Assembly: GCA_964016885.1 (NCBI GenBank)
Contig: OZ024741.1
Coordinates: forward strand, 407,650,001 to 407,714,000
DNA: 64,000 nt
Reading direction: 5' to 3'
From: Eledone cirrhosa
Lineage: Eukaryota
How positions within the stretch are numbered: position 1 is the first letter of the stretch; every line of letters begins with the position of its first letter. Under the pieces are notes generated by a model. It made no database searches, was not told the DNA's origin, and was given only the letters and a program-made list of their open reading frames with translations. The translations under genes were made by a program, and so were the position numbers. This document shows positions 1 to 12,979 of this stretch, in pieces.

Positions 1-3000
1 TGTTGGTGGTGGTGTTGCTACTGGTGGTGTTGGTGGTAGTGTTGGTACTGGTGGTGTTGGTGGTAGTGTTGTTACTGGTGGTGTTGGTGGTCGTGTTGTT
101 ACTGGTACTGGTGGTGTGGGTGGTAGTGTTGGAACTGGTTTTGTTGGTGGTAGTGTTGGTACTGGTGGTGTTGGTGGTAGTCTTGGTACTGGTGGTGTTG
201 GTGGTAGTGTGGTACTGGTGGTGTTGGTGGTAGTGTTGTTACTGGTGGTGTTGGTGGTTGTGTTAGTACTGGTACTGGTGGTGTTGGTGGTAGTGTTAGT
301 ACTGGTACTGCTGGTGTTGGTGATAGTGTTGGTATTGGTGGTGTTGGTGGTAGTGTTGGTACTGGTGGTGTTGGTGGTAGTGTTGGTACTGGTGGTGTTG
401 GTGGAAGTGTTGGTACTGGTGGTGTTGGTGGTAGTGTTGTTACTGGTGGTGTTGGTGGTAGTGTTAGTACTGGTACTGGTGGTGTTGGTGATAGTGTTGG
501 TATTGGTGGTGTTGGTGGTAGTGTTGGTACTGGTGGTGTTGGTGGTAGTGTTGGTACTGGTGGTGTTGGTGGAAGTGTTGGTACTGGTGGTGTTGGTGGT
601 AGTGTTGGTATTGGTGGTGTTGGTGGTAGTGTTGGTACTGGTGGTGTTGGTGGTAGTGTTGGCATTGGTGGTGTTGGTGGTGGTGTTGGTACTGGTGGTG
701 TTGGTGGTTGTGTTGGTATTGGTGGTGTAGGTGATAGTGTTGTTACTGGTGGTGTTGGTGGTAGTGTTGGTACTGGTGGTGATGGTGGTAGTGTTGGTAC
801 TGGTGGTGTTGGTGGTGGTGTTGTTACTGGTAGTGTTGGTTGTAGTGTTGGTACTGGTATTGGAGGTGTTGGTGGTAGTGTTGGTACTGGTGGTGTTGGT
901 GGTAGTTGTGGTATTGGTGGTGTTGGTGGTAGTGTTGGTATAGGTGGTGTTGGTGGTTGTGTTGGTACTGGTGGTGTTGGTGGTAGTGTTGGTACTGTTA
1001 CTGGTGGTGTTGGTGGTAGTGTTGGTATTGGTGGTGTTGGTGGTAGTGTTGGTACTGGAGGTGTTGGTGGTAGTGATGGTACTGGTGGTGTTGGTGGAAG
1101 TGTTGGAACTGGTGGTGTTGGTGGTAGTGTTGGTACAGGTGCTGTTGGTGGTGGTGTTGGTATTGGTGGTGTTGGTGGTAGTGTCGGTACTGGTGGTGTT
1201 GGTGATAGTGTTGGTAATGGTACTGGTGGTGTCGGTGGTAGTGTTGGTATTGGTGGTGTTGGTGGTAGTGTTGGTACTGGTGGTGTTGGTGTTAGTGTTG
1301 GTACTGGTGGTGTTGGTGGTAGTGTTGGTACTGGTGGTGTTGGTGATAGTGTTGGTATTGGTGGTGTTGGTGGTACTGTTGGTACTGGTGGTGTTGGTGG
1401 TAGTGTTGTCATTGGTGGTGTTGGTGGTAGTGTTGGTATTGGTGGTGTAGGTGGTAGTGTTGTTACTGGTGGTGTTGGTGGTAGTGTTGGTACTGGTGGT
1501 GTTGGTGGTAGTGTTGGTACTGGTGGTGTTGGTGTTGGTATTGCTACTGGTGCTGTTGGTGGTAATGTTGGTATTGGTGGTGTAGGTGGTAGTTTTGTTA
1601 CTGGTGGTGTTGGTGGTAGTGTTGGTACTGGTAGTGTTGGTGGTAGTGTTGGTACTGGTATTGGTGGTGTTTGTGGTAGTGTTGGTATTGGTGGTGTTGG
1701 TGGTAGTGTTGGTACTGGTGGTGTTGGTGGTAGTGTTGGTACTGGTGGTGTTGGTGGTAGTGTTGGTACTGGTGGTGTTGGTGGTAGTGTTAGTACTGGT
1801 ACAGGTGGTGTTGGTGATAGTGTTGGTATTGGTGGTGTTGGTGGTAGTGTTGGTACATGTGGTGTTGGTGGAAGTGTTGGAACTGGTGGTGTTGGTGGTA
1901 GTGTTGGTATTGGTGGTGTTGGTGGTAGTGTTGGTACAGGTGGTGTTGGTGGAAGTGTTGGAACTGGTGGTGTTGGAGGTAGTGTTGGTACTGGTGGTGT
2001 TGGTGGTAGTGTTGGTACTGGTGGTGTTAGTGGTAGTGTTGGTATTGTTGGTGTAGGTGGTAGTGTTGTTACTGGTGGTGTTGGTGGTAGTGTTGGTACT
2101 GGTGGTGTTGGTGGTGGTGTTGTTACTAGTACTGGTGGTGTTGGTGGTAGTGTTGGTACTGGTATTGGACGTGTTGGTGGTAGTGTTGGTACTGGTGGTG
2201 TTGGTGGTAATGTTGGTACTGGTGGTGTTGGTGGAACTGTTGGTACTGGTGGTGTTGGTGGTAGTGTTTGTACTGGTGGTGTTGGTGTTAGTGTTGGTAC
2301 TGGTGGTGTTGGTGGAAGTGTTGGTACTGGTGGTGTTGGTGGTAGTGTTGGTATTGGTGGTGTTGGTGGTAGTGTTGGTACTGGTGGTGTTGGTGGTAGT
2401 GTTAGTACTGGTACTGGTGGTGTTGGTGGTAGTGTTGGTATTGGTGGTGTTGGTGGTAGTGTTGGTACTGGTGGTGTTGGTGGTAGTGTTGGTACTGGTG
2501 GTGTTGGTGGTAGTCTTGGTACTGGTACTGGTGGTGTTGGTGGTAGTGTTGATACTGGTGGTGTTGGTGTTAGTGTTGGTACTGGTGGTGTTGGTGGTAG
2601 TGTTGGTACTGGTACTGGTGGTGTTGGTGGTACTGTTGGTACTGGTGGTGTTGGTGGTAGTGTTGGTACTGGTGGTGTTGGTGGTAGTGTTGGTACTGGT
2701 GCTGTTGGTGGTGGTACTGGTACTGGTGGTGTTGGTGGTACTGTTGGTACAGGTGGTGTTGTTGGTAGTGTTGTTACTGGTGGTGTTGGTGGTAGTGTTG
2801 TTACTGGTGGTGTTGGTGGTAGTGTTGTTACTGGTGGTGTTGGTGGTACTGTTGGTACTGGTGGTGTTGGTGTTGGTAGTAGTGTTGATACTGGTGGTGT
2901 TGGTGGTAGTGTTGGTACTGGTGGTGTTGGTGGTAGTGTTGGCACTGGTGGTGTTGGTGGTAGTGTTGGTACTGGTGGTGTTGGTGGAAGTGTTGGCACT

Positions 3001-3194
3001 GGTGGTGTTGGTGGTAGTGTTGGTACTGGTGGTGTTGGTGGTAGTGTTGGTACTGGTGGTGTTGCTGGTAGTGTTGGTACTGGTGGTGTTGGTGGTAGTA
3101 TTGGTACTGGTGTTGTTGGTGATAGTGTTGGTATTGGTGGTGTTGGTGGTACTGTTGGTACTGGTGGTGTTGGTGGTAGTGTTGGCATTGGTGG
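1..3194. repeat. ~3.2-kb higher-order unit; its start recurs 3194 bp later, with related starts near 12980, 16174 and 21310
   Basis: The landmark GGTCGTGTTGTTACTGGTACTGGTGGTGTGGGTGGTAGTGTTGGAACT occurs at about 89, 3283, 13068, 16262 and 21401, each followed by AGTCTT and the -1 indel AGTGTGGTACT. Confidence 0.85.
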
Positions 3195-4703
3195 TGTTGG
3201 TGGTGGTGTTGCTACTGGTGGTGTTGGTGGTAGTGTTGGTACTGGTGGTGTTGGTGGTAGTGTTGTTACTGGTGGTGTTGGTGGTCGTGTTGTTACTGGT
3301 ACTGGTGGTGTGGGTGGTAGTGTTGGAACTGGTGGTGTTGGTGGTAGTGTTGGTACTGGTGGTGTTGGTGGTAGTCTTGGTACTGGTGGTGTTGGTGGTA
3401 GTGTGGTACTGGTGGTGTTGGTGGTAGTGTTGTTACTGGTGGTGTTGGTGGTTGTGTTAGTACTGGTACTGGTGGTGTTGGTGGTAGTGTTAGTACTGGT
3501 ACTGCTGGTGTTGGTGATAGTGTTGGTATTGGTGGTGTTGGTGGTAGTGTTGGTACTGGTGGTGTTGGTGGTAGTGTTGGTACTGGTGGTGTTGGTGGAA
3601 GTGTTGGTACTGGTGGTGTTGGTGGTAGTGTTGTTACTGGTGGTGTTGGTGGTAGTGTTAGTACTGGTACTGGTGGTGTTGGTGATAGTGTTGGTATTGG
3701 TGGTGTTGGTGGTAGTGTTGGTACTGGTGGTGTTGGTGGTAGTGTTGTTACTGGTGGTGTTGGTGGTAGTGTTAGTACTGGTACTGGTGGTGTTGGTGAT
3801 AGTGTTGGTATTGGTGGTGTTGGTGGTAGTGTTGGTATTGGTGGTGTTGGTGGTAGTGTTGGTGGTAGTGTTGGTGGTAGTGTTGGTACTGGTGGTGTTG
3901 GTGGTAGTGTTGGTACTGGTGGTGTTGGTGGAAGTGTTGGTACTGGTGGTGTTGGTGGTAGTGTTGGTATTGGTGGTGTTGGTGGTAGTGTTGGTACTGG
4001 TGGTGTTGGTGGTAGTGTTGGCATTGGTGGTGTTGGTGGTGGTGTTGGTACTGGTGGTGTTGGTGGTTGTGTTGGTATTGGTGGTGTAGGTGATAGTGTT
4101 GTTACTGGTGGTGTTGGTGGTAGTGTTGGTACTGGTGGTGATGGTGGTAGTGTTGGTACTGGTGGTGTTGGTGGTGGTGTTGTTACTGGTAGTGTTGGTT
4201 GTAGTGTTGGTACTGGTATTGGAGGTGTTGGTGGTAGTGTTGGTACTGGTGGTGTTGGTGGTAGTTGTGGTATTGGTGGTGTTGGTGGTAGTGTTGGTAT
4301 AGGTGGTGTTGGTGGTTGTGTTGGCACTGGTGGTGTTGGTGGTAGTGTTGGTACTGTTACAGGTGGTGTTGGTGGTAGTGTTGGTATTGGTGGTGTTGGT
4401 GGTAGTGTTGGTACTGGAGGTGTTGGTGGTAGTGATGGTACTGGTGGTGTTGTTGGTAAAGTTACTATTGGTGGTGTTGGTGGTAGTGTTGGTACAGGTG
4501 CTGTTGGTGGTGGTGTTGGTATTGGTGTTGTTGGTGGTAGTGTTGGTACTGGTGGTGTTGGTGATAGTGTTGGTACTGGTACTGGTGGTGTCGGTGGTAG
4601 TGTTGGTATTGGTGGTGTTGGTGGTAGTGTTGGTACTGGTGGTGTTGGTGTTAGTTTTGGTACTGGTGGTGTTGGTGGTAGTGTTGGTACTGGTGGTGTT
4701 GGT
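1..4703. repeat. Segmental duplication copy 1 (>=4.7 kb, near-identical to 12980-17682, offset 12979)
   Basis: ORF-track pairs 116/13095, 731/13710, 944/13923, 1586/14565, 2057/15036, 3310/16289 and 4090/17069 all differ by 12979. Rare markers (GGTTTTGTT near 136, ATTGGACGT at 2164/15143) are co-linear. The match ends at 4703/17682. Confidence 0.93.
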
Positions 4704-5150
4704 TTTGGTGTTGGTACTGGTGGTGTTGGTGGTAGTGTTGGTACTGGTGGTGTTGGTGGTAGTTTTGGTACTGGTACTGGGTGTTGGTGGTAGTGTTTGT
4801 ACTGGTACTGGTGGTGTTGGTGGTAGTGTTGGTACTGGTACTGTTGGTGTTGGTGGTCGTGTTGGTACCGGTACTGGTGGTGTTGGTGGTAGTGTTGGTA
4901 CTGGTGGTTTTGGTGGTAGTGTTGGTACTGGTGGTGTTGGTGGTAGTGTTTATACTGGTGGTGTTAGTGGTAGTGTTGGTACTGGTGGTGTTGGTGGTAG
5001 TGTTGGTACTGGTATTGGTGGTGTTGGTAGTAGTGTTGGTACTGGTAGTGTTGGTGGTAGTGTTGGTACTGGTGGTGTTGGTGGTAGTGTTGTTACTGGT
5101 ATTGGTTGTGTTGGTGGTAGTGTTGGTACTGGTGGTGTTGGTGGTAGTGT
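4700..5150. repeat. Duplicated block, paralog at ~8995-9420 (offset 4272)
   Basis: Shared markers GGTTTTGGTGTT, frameshift ACTGGGTGTT (about 4777/9049), GGTCGT and GTTTATACT (TTA at 4950/9222). ORF starts 4781/9053. Confidence 0.85.
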
Positions 5151-6329
5151 TGGTACTTGTGGTGTTGGTACTGGTGGTGTTGGTTGTAGTGTTGGTACTG
5201 GTGGTGTTGGTGGTAGTGTCGGTACTGGTAGTGTTGGTGGTAGTGTTGGTACTGGTGGTGTTGATGGTAGTGTTGTTACTGGTGGTGTTGGTGGTAGTGT
5301 TGGTATTGGTGGTGTTGGTGATAGTGTTGGTATTGGTGGTGTTGGTGGTAGTGTTGGTACTGGTACTGGTGGTGATGGTACTGGTGGTGTTGGTGGTAGT
5401 GTTGGTACTGGTACTGGTGGTGATGGTACTGGTGGTGTTGGTGGTAGTGTTGGTACTGGTGGTGTTGGTGGTAGTGTTGGTATTGGTGTTGTTGGTGGTA
5501 GTGTTGGTACTGGTACTGGTGGTGTTGGTACTGGTGGTGTTGGTGGTAGTGTTGGTACTGGTGGTGTTGGTGGTAGTGTTGGTACTGGTATTGGTTGTGT
5601 TGGTGGTAGTGTTGGTACTGGTGGTGTTGGTGGTAGTGTCGGTACTGGTAGTGTTGGTGGTAGTGTTGGTACTGGTGCTGTTGGTGGTAGTGTTGGTACT
5701 GGTGGCGTTGGTACTGGTGGTGTTGGTGGTAGTGTTGGTACTGGTACTGGTGGTGTTGGTGGTAGTGTTGGTACTGGTGGTGTTGGTGGTAGTGTTGGTA
5801 CTGATGGTGTTGGTACTGGTGGTGTTGGTGGTAGTGTCGGTACTGGTAGTGTTGGTGGTAGTGTTGGTGGTGGTGTTGTTACTGGTGGTGTTGGTGGTAG
5901 TGTCGGTACTGGTGGTGTTGGTGGTAGTGTTGGTATTGGTGGTGTTGGTGGTAGTGTTGGTATTGGTGGTGTGGGTGGTAGTGTTGGTATTGGTGGTGTT
6001 GGTGGTAGTGTTGGTATTGGTGGTGTGGGTGGTAGTGTTGGTACTGGTACTGGTGGTGTTGTTACTGGTGTTGTTGGTGGCAGTGTTGGTACTGGTGGTG
6101 TTGGTGGTAGTGTTGGTATTGGTGGTGTTGGTTGTAGTGTTGGTATTGGTGGTGTGGGTGGTAGTGTTGGTACTGGTACTGGTGGTGTTGTTACTGGTGT
6201 TGTTGGTGGTAGTGTTGGTATTGGTGGTGTTGGTGGTAGTGTTGGTATTGGTGGTGTTGGTGGTAGTGTTGGTACTGGTGGTGTTGGTGGTAGTGTTGGT
6301 ACTGGTGGTGTTGGTGGTAGTGTTGGTAT

Positions 6330-7150
6330 TGGTGGTGTTGGTGGTAGTGTTGGTATTGGTGGTGTGGGTGGTAGTGTTGGTACTGGTACTGGTGGTGTTG
6401 TTACTGGTGTTGTTGGTGGTAGTGTTGGTACTGGTGGTGTTGGTGGTAGTGTTGTTACTGGTGGTGTTGGTGGTAGTGTTGGTACTGGTGGGGTTGGTGG
6501 TAGTGTTGGTACTGGTACTGCAGGTGGTAGTGTCGGTACTGGTGGTGTTGGTGGTAGAGTTGATATTGGTGGTGTTGGTGGTAGTGTTGGTACTGGTACT
6601 GGTGGTGTTGGTACTGGTGGTGTTGGTGGTAGTGTTGGTACTGGTGGTGTTGGTGGTAGTGTTGTTACTGGTAGAGTTGGTGGTAGTGTTGGTATTGGTG
6701 GTGTTGGTGGTAGTGTTGGTACTGGTACTGATGGTGTTGGTACTGGTGGTGTTGGTGGTAGAGTTGTTACTGGTGGTGTTGGTGGTAGTGTTGGTACTGG
6801 TGGTGTCGGTGGTAGTGTTGTTACTGGTACTGCTGGTGGTAGTGTCGGTACTGGTGGTGTTGGTGGTAGTGTTGGTACTGGTGGTGTTGGTGGTAGTGTT
6901 GGTACTGGTGGTGTTGGTGGTAGTGTTGGTACTGGTGGTGTTGGTGGTAGTGTTGGTTCTGGTGGTGTTGGTGGTAGTCTTGGTACTGGTGGTGTCGGTG
7001 GTAGTGTTGTTGGTAGTGTTGGTACTGGTGGTGTTGGTGGTAGTGTTGGTACTGCTGGTGTTGGTGGTAGAGTTGGTACTGGTGGTGTTGTTGGTAGTGT
7101 AGGTACTGGTGGTGTTGGTGGTAGTGTTGGTACTGGTAGTGTTGTTGGTA
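6330..7150. repeat. Duplicated block, paralog at ~11490-12160 (offset 5154, then 5013 after an internal indel)
   Basis: Shared rare markers in the same order: GGG (6490/11644), ACTGCAGGT, AGAGTTGAT, GGTTCT and AGTGTAGGT (ORF ends 7102/12115). Confidence 0.85.
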
Positions 7151-10100
7151 GTGTTGGTACTGGTGGTGTTGGTGGTAGTGTTGGTACTGGTGGTGTTGGT
7201 GATAGTGTGGGTACTGGTGGTGTTGGTGGTAGTTTTGGTACTGGTGGTGATGGTGGTAGTGTTGGCATTGGTGGTGTTGGTGGTAGTGTTGGTACTGGTG
7301 GTGTTGGTGGTGGTGTTGGTACTGGTACTGGTGGTGTTGGTGGTAGTGTTGGTACTGGTGGTGTTGGTGGTAGTGTTGGTACTGGTTGTGTTGGTGGTAG
7401 TGTTGGTATTGGTGGTGTTGGTGGTAGTGTTGGTACTGGTGGTGTTGGTGGTAGTGTTGGTACTGGTGGTGTTGGTGGTAGTCTTGGTACTGGTGGTGTT
7501 GGTGGTAGTGTTGATACTGGTGGTGTTGGTGGTAGTGTTGGTACTGGTGGTGTTGGTGGTAGTGTTAGTACTGGTACTGCTGGTGTTGGTGATAGTGTTG
7601 GTATTGGTGTTGTTGGTGGTAGTGTTGGTACTGGTGGTGTTGGTGGTAGTGTTGGTACTGGTGGTGTTGTTGGAAGTGTTGGTACTGGTGGTGTTGGTGG
7701 TAGTGTTGTTACTGGTGGTGTTGGTGGTAGTGTTAGTACTGGTACTGGTGGTGTTGGTGATAGTGTTGGTATTGGTGGTGTTGGTGGTAGTGTTCGTACT
7801 GGTGGTGTTGGTGGTAGTGTTGGTACTGGTGGTGTTGGTGGAAGTTTTGGTACTGGTGGTGTTGGTGGTAGTGTTGGTATTGGTGGTGTTGGTGGTAGTG
7901 TTGGTACTGGTGGTGTTGGTGGTAGTGTTGGCATTGGTGGTGTTGGTGGTGGTGTTGGTGGTTGTGTTGGTATTGGTGGTGTAGGTGATAGTGTTGTTAC
8001 TGGTGGTGTTGGTGGTAGTGTTGGTACTGGTGGTGATGTTGGTAGTGTTGGTACTGGTGGTGTTGGTGGTGGTGTTGTTACTGGTAGTGTTGGTGGTAGT
8101 GTTGGTACTGGTGGTGTTGGTGGTAGTTGTGGTATTGGTGGTGTTGGTGGTAGTGTTGGTATAGGTGGTGTTGGTGGTTGTGTTGGTACTGGTGGTGTTG
8201 GTGGTAGTGTTGGTACTGTTACTGGTGGTGTTGGTGGTAGTGTTGGTATTGGTGCTGTTGGTGGTAGTGTTGGTACTGGTGGTGTTGGTGGTAGTGTTGG
8301 TACTGGTGGTGTTGGTGGTAGTGTTGGTACTGGTGGTGTTGGTGGTAGTGTTGGTACTGGTGGTGTTGTTGGTAAAGTTACTATTGGTGGTGTTGGTGGT
8401 AGTGTTGGTACAGGTGCTGTTGGTGGTAGTGTTGGTATTGGTGGTGTTGGTGGTAGTGTTGGTACTGGTGGTGTTGGTGGTAGTGTTGGTACTGGTACTG
8501 GTGGTGTTGGTGGTAGTGTTGGTACTGGTACTGATGGCGTCGGTGGTAGTGTTGGTATTGGTGGTGTTGGTGGTAGTGTTGGTACTGGTGGTGTTGGTGG
8601 TAGTGTTGGTACTGGTGGTGTTGGTGGTAGTGTTGGTAATGGTGGTGTTGGTGATAGTGTTGGTATTGGTGGTGTTGGTGGTACTGTTGGTACTGGCGGT
8701 GTTGGTGGTAGTGTTGTCATAGGTGGTGTTGGTGGTAGTGTTGGTATTGGTGGTGTAGGTGGTAGTGTTGTTACTGGTGGTGTTGGTGGTAGTGTTGGTA
8801 CTGGTGGTGTTGGTGGTAGTGTTGGTACAGGTGACGTTGGTGGTAGTGTTGGTATTGGTGGTGTTGGTGGTAGTGTTGGTATTGGTGGTGTTGGTGGTAG
8901 TGTTGGTACTGGTGGTGTTAGTGGTAGTGTTGGTACTGGTGGTGTTGGTGGTAGTGTTGTATTGGTGGTGTTGGTAGTAGTGTTGGTACTGGTGGTGTTG
9001 GTTTTGGTGTTGGTACTGGTGGTGTTGGTGGTAGTTTTGGTACTGGTACTGGGTGTTGGTGGTAGTGTTTGTACTGGTACTGGTGGTGTTGGTGGTAGTG
9101 TTGGTACTGGTACTGTTGGTGTTGGTGGTCGTGTTGGTACTGGTACTGGTGGTGTTGGTGGTAGTGTTGGTACTGGTGGTTTTGGTGGTACTGTTGGTAC
9201 TGGTGGTGTTGGTGGTAGTGTTTATACTGGTGGTGTTAGTGGTAGTGTTGGTACTGGTGGTGTTGGTGGTAGTGTTGGTACTGGTATTGGTGGTGTTGGT
9301 AGTAGTGTTGGTACTGGTAGTGTTGGTGGTAGTGTTGGTACTGGTGGTGTTGGTGGTAGTGTTGTTACTGGTATTGGTTGTGTTGGTGGTAGTGTTGGTA
9401 CTGGTGGTGTTGGTGGTAGTGTTGGTACTGGTACTGCTGGTGGTAGTGTCGGTACTGGTGGTGTTGGTGGTAGTGTTGGTATTGGTGGTGTTGGTGGTAG
9501 TGTTGGTATTGGTGGTGTTGGTGGTAGTGTTGGTACTGGTACTGGTGGTGTTGGTACTGGTGGTGTTGGTGGTAGTGTTGGTACTGGTACTGGTGGTGTT
9601 GGTGGTAGTGTTGGTACTTGTGGTTTTGGTGGTAGTGTTGGTACTGGTGGTGTTGGTGGTAGTGTTTATACTGGTGGTGTTGGTGGTAGTGTTGGTACTG
9701 GTGGTGTTGGTGGTAGTGTTGGTACTGGTATTGGTCGTGTTGGTAGTAGTGTTGGTACTGGTGGTGTTGGTGGTAGTGTTTATACTGGTGGTGTTGGTGG
9801 TAGTGTTGGTACTGGTGGTGTTGGTGGTAGTGTTGGTACTGGTGGTGTTGGTGGTAGTGTTGGTACTGGTATTGGTTTTGTTGGTGGTAGTGTTGGTACT
9901 GGTGGTGTTGGTGGTAGTGTTGGCACTGGTGGTGTTGGTGGTAGTGTCGGTACTGGTAGTGTTGGTGGAAGTGTTGGTACTGGTGGTGTTGGTGGTAGTT
10001 TTGTTACTGGTGGTGTTGGTGGTAGTGTTGGTACTGGTGGTGTTGGTGGTAGTATTGGTATTGGTGGTGTTGGTGGTAGTGTTGGTACTGGTGGTGTTGG

Positions 10101-12979
10101 TGGTAGTGTTGGTACTGGTGGTGTTGGTGGTAGTGTTGGTATTGGTGGTGTTGGTGGTAGTGTTGGTACTGGTGGTGTTGGTGGTAGTGTTGGTACTGGT
10201 GGTGTTGGTGGTAGTGTTGGTACTGGTGGTGTTGGTGGTAGTGTTGGTATTGGTGGTGTTGGTGGTAGTGTTGGTACTGGTGGTGTTGGTGGTAGTGTTG
10301 GTACTGGTGGTGTTGGTGGTAGTCTTGGTACTGGTGGTGTTGGTGGTAGTGTTGGTATTGGTGGTGTTGGTGGTAGTGTTGGTACTGGTGGTGTTGGTGG
10401 TAGTGTTGGTACTGGTGGTGTTGGTGGTAGTGTTGGTACTGGTGGTGTTGGTGGTAGTGTCGGTACTGGTAGTGTTGGTGGTAGTGTTGGTACTGGTGGT
10501 GTTGGTGGTAGTTTTGTTACTGGTGGTGTTGGTGGTAGTGTTGGTACTGGTGGTGTTGGTGGTAGTGTTGGTATTGGTGGTGTTGGTGGTAGTGTTGGTA
10601 CTGGTGGTGTTGGTGGTAGTGTTGGTACTGGTGGTGTTGGTGGTAGTGTTGGTATTGGTGGTGTTGGTGGTAGTGTTGGTACTGGTGGTGTTGGTGGTAG
10701 TGTTGGTACTGGTGGTGTTGGTGGTAGTGTTGGTACTGGTGGTGTTGGTGGTAGTGTTGGTGTTAGTGTTGGTACTGGTGGTGTTGGTGGTAGTGTTGGT
10801 ACTGGTGGTGTTGGTGGTAGTGTTGGTACTGGTGGTGTTGGTGGTAGTGTTGGTATTGGTGGTGTTGGTGGTAGTGTTGGTACTGGTGGTGTTGGTGGTA
10901 GTGTTGGTACTGGTGGTGTTGGTGGTAGTGTTGGTATTGGTGGTGTTGGTGGTAGTGTTGGTACTGGTGGTGTTGGTGGTAGTGTTGGTACTGGTATTGG
11001 TTGTGTTGGTGGTAGTGTTGGTATTGGTGGTGTTGGTAGTAGTGTTGGTACTGGTGGTGTTGGTGGTAGTGTTGGTACTGGTGGCGTTGGTACTGGTAGT
11101 GTTGGTGGTAGTGTTGGTACTGGTGGTGTTGGTGGTAGTGTCGGTGGTGGTAGTGTTGGTGGTGGTGTTGTTACTGGTGGTGTTGGTGGTAGTGTTGGTA
11201 CTGGTGGTGTTGGTGGTAGTGTTGGTACTGGTGGTGTTGGTGGAAGTGTTGGCACTGGTGGTGTTGGTGGTAGTGTTGGTACTGGTAGTGTTGGTGGTAG
11301 TGTTTGTACTGGTACTGGTGGTGTTGGTTGTAGTGTTGGTACTGGTATTGGAGGTGTTGGTGGTAGTGTTGGTACTGGTGGTGTTGGTGGTAGTGTTGGT
11401 ATTGGTGGTGCTGGTGGTAGTGTTGGTACTGGTGGTGTTGGTGGTAGTGTTGGTACTGGTGGTGTTGGTGGTAGTGTTGGTATTGGTGGTGTTGGTGGTA
11501 GTGTTGGTATTGGTGGTGTGGGTGGTAGTGTTGGTACTGGTACTGGTGGTGTTGGTACTGGTGTTGTTGGTGGTAGTGTTGGTACTGGTGGTGTTGGTGG
11601 TAGTGTTGTTACTGGTGGTGTTGGTGGTAGTGTTGGTACTGGTGGGGTTGGTGGTAGTGTTGGTACTGGTACTGCAGGTGGTAGTGTCGGTACTGGTGGT
11701 GTTGGTGGTAGAGTTGATATTGGTGGTGTTGGTGGTAGTGTTGGTACTGGTACTGGTGGTGTTGGTACTGGTGGTGTCGGTGGTAGAGTTGTTACTGGTG
11801 GTGTTGGTGGTAGTGTTGGTACTGGTGGTGTCGGTGGTAGTGTTGTTACTGGTACTGCTGGTGGTAGTGTCGGTACTGGTGGTGTTGGTGGTAGTGTTGG
11901 TACTGGTGGTGTTGGTGGTAGTGTTGGTACTGGTGGTGTTGGTACTGGTGGTGTTGGTGGTAGTGTTGGTTCTGGTGGTGTTGGTGGTAGTCTTGGTACT
12001 GGTGGTGTTGGTGGTAGTGTTGTTGGTAGTGTTGGTACTGGTGGTGTTGGTGGTAGTGTTGGTACTGGTGGTGTTGGTGGTAGTGTTGGTACTGGTGGTG
12101 TTGTTGGTAGTGTAGGTACTGGTGGTGTTGGTAGTAGTGTTGGTACTGGTAGTGTTGTTGGTACTGGTACTGGTGGTGTTGGTGGTAGTGTTGGTACTGG
12201 TGGTGTCGGTGGTAGTGTTGGTACTGGTTGTGTTGGTGGTAGTGTTGGTATTGGTGGTGTTGGTGGTAGTGTTGGTACTGGTGGTGTTGGTGGTAGTGTT
12301 GGTACTGGTATTGGAGGTGTTGGTGGTAGTGTTGGTACTGGTGGTGTTGGTGGTAGTGTTGGTACTGGTATTGGGGTGTTGGTGGTAGTGTTGTCACAGG
12401 TAGTTATGGTGGTAGTGTTGGTATTGGTGGTGTTGGTGGTAGTGGTGGTATTGGTGGTGTTGGTGGTAGTGTTGGTATAGGTGGTGTTGGTGGTAGTGTT
12501 GGTACTGGTGGTGTTGGTGGTAGTGTTGGTATCGGCGGTGTTGGTGGTAGTGTTGGTACTGGTGGTGTTGGTGGTAGTGTTGGTACTGGTGGTGTTGGTG
12601 GTAATGTTGTTATTGGTGATGTTGGTGGTAGTATTGGTACAGGTGCTGTTGGTGGTAGTGTTGGTATTGGTGGTGTTGGTGGTAGTGTTGGTAGTGGTGG
12701 TGTTCGTGGTAGTGTTGGTACTGGTACTGGTGGTGTTGGTGGTAGTGTTGGTACTGGTGCTGGTGGTGTTGGTGGTAGTGTTGGTACTGGTACTGGTGGC
12801 GTTGGTGTTGGTGGTAGTGTTGGTGGTAGTGTTGGTACTGGTGGTGTTTGTGGTAGTGTTGGTACTGGTGGTGTTGGTGGTAGTGGTGGTACTGGTGGTG
12901 TTGGTGATAGTGTTGGTATTGGTGGTGTTGGTGGTACTGTTGGTACTGGTGGTGTTGGTGGTAGTGTTGGCATTGGTGG

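Noticed and set aside
6832-6839. Chi site GCTGGTGG (the consensus ACTGGTGG is one mismatch away)
   Set aside because: It is expected by chance from a single A>G change in this repeat, and nothing indicates a RecBCD-bearing host.
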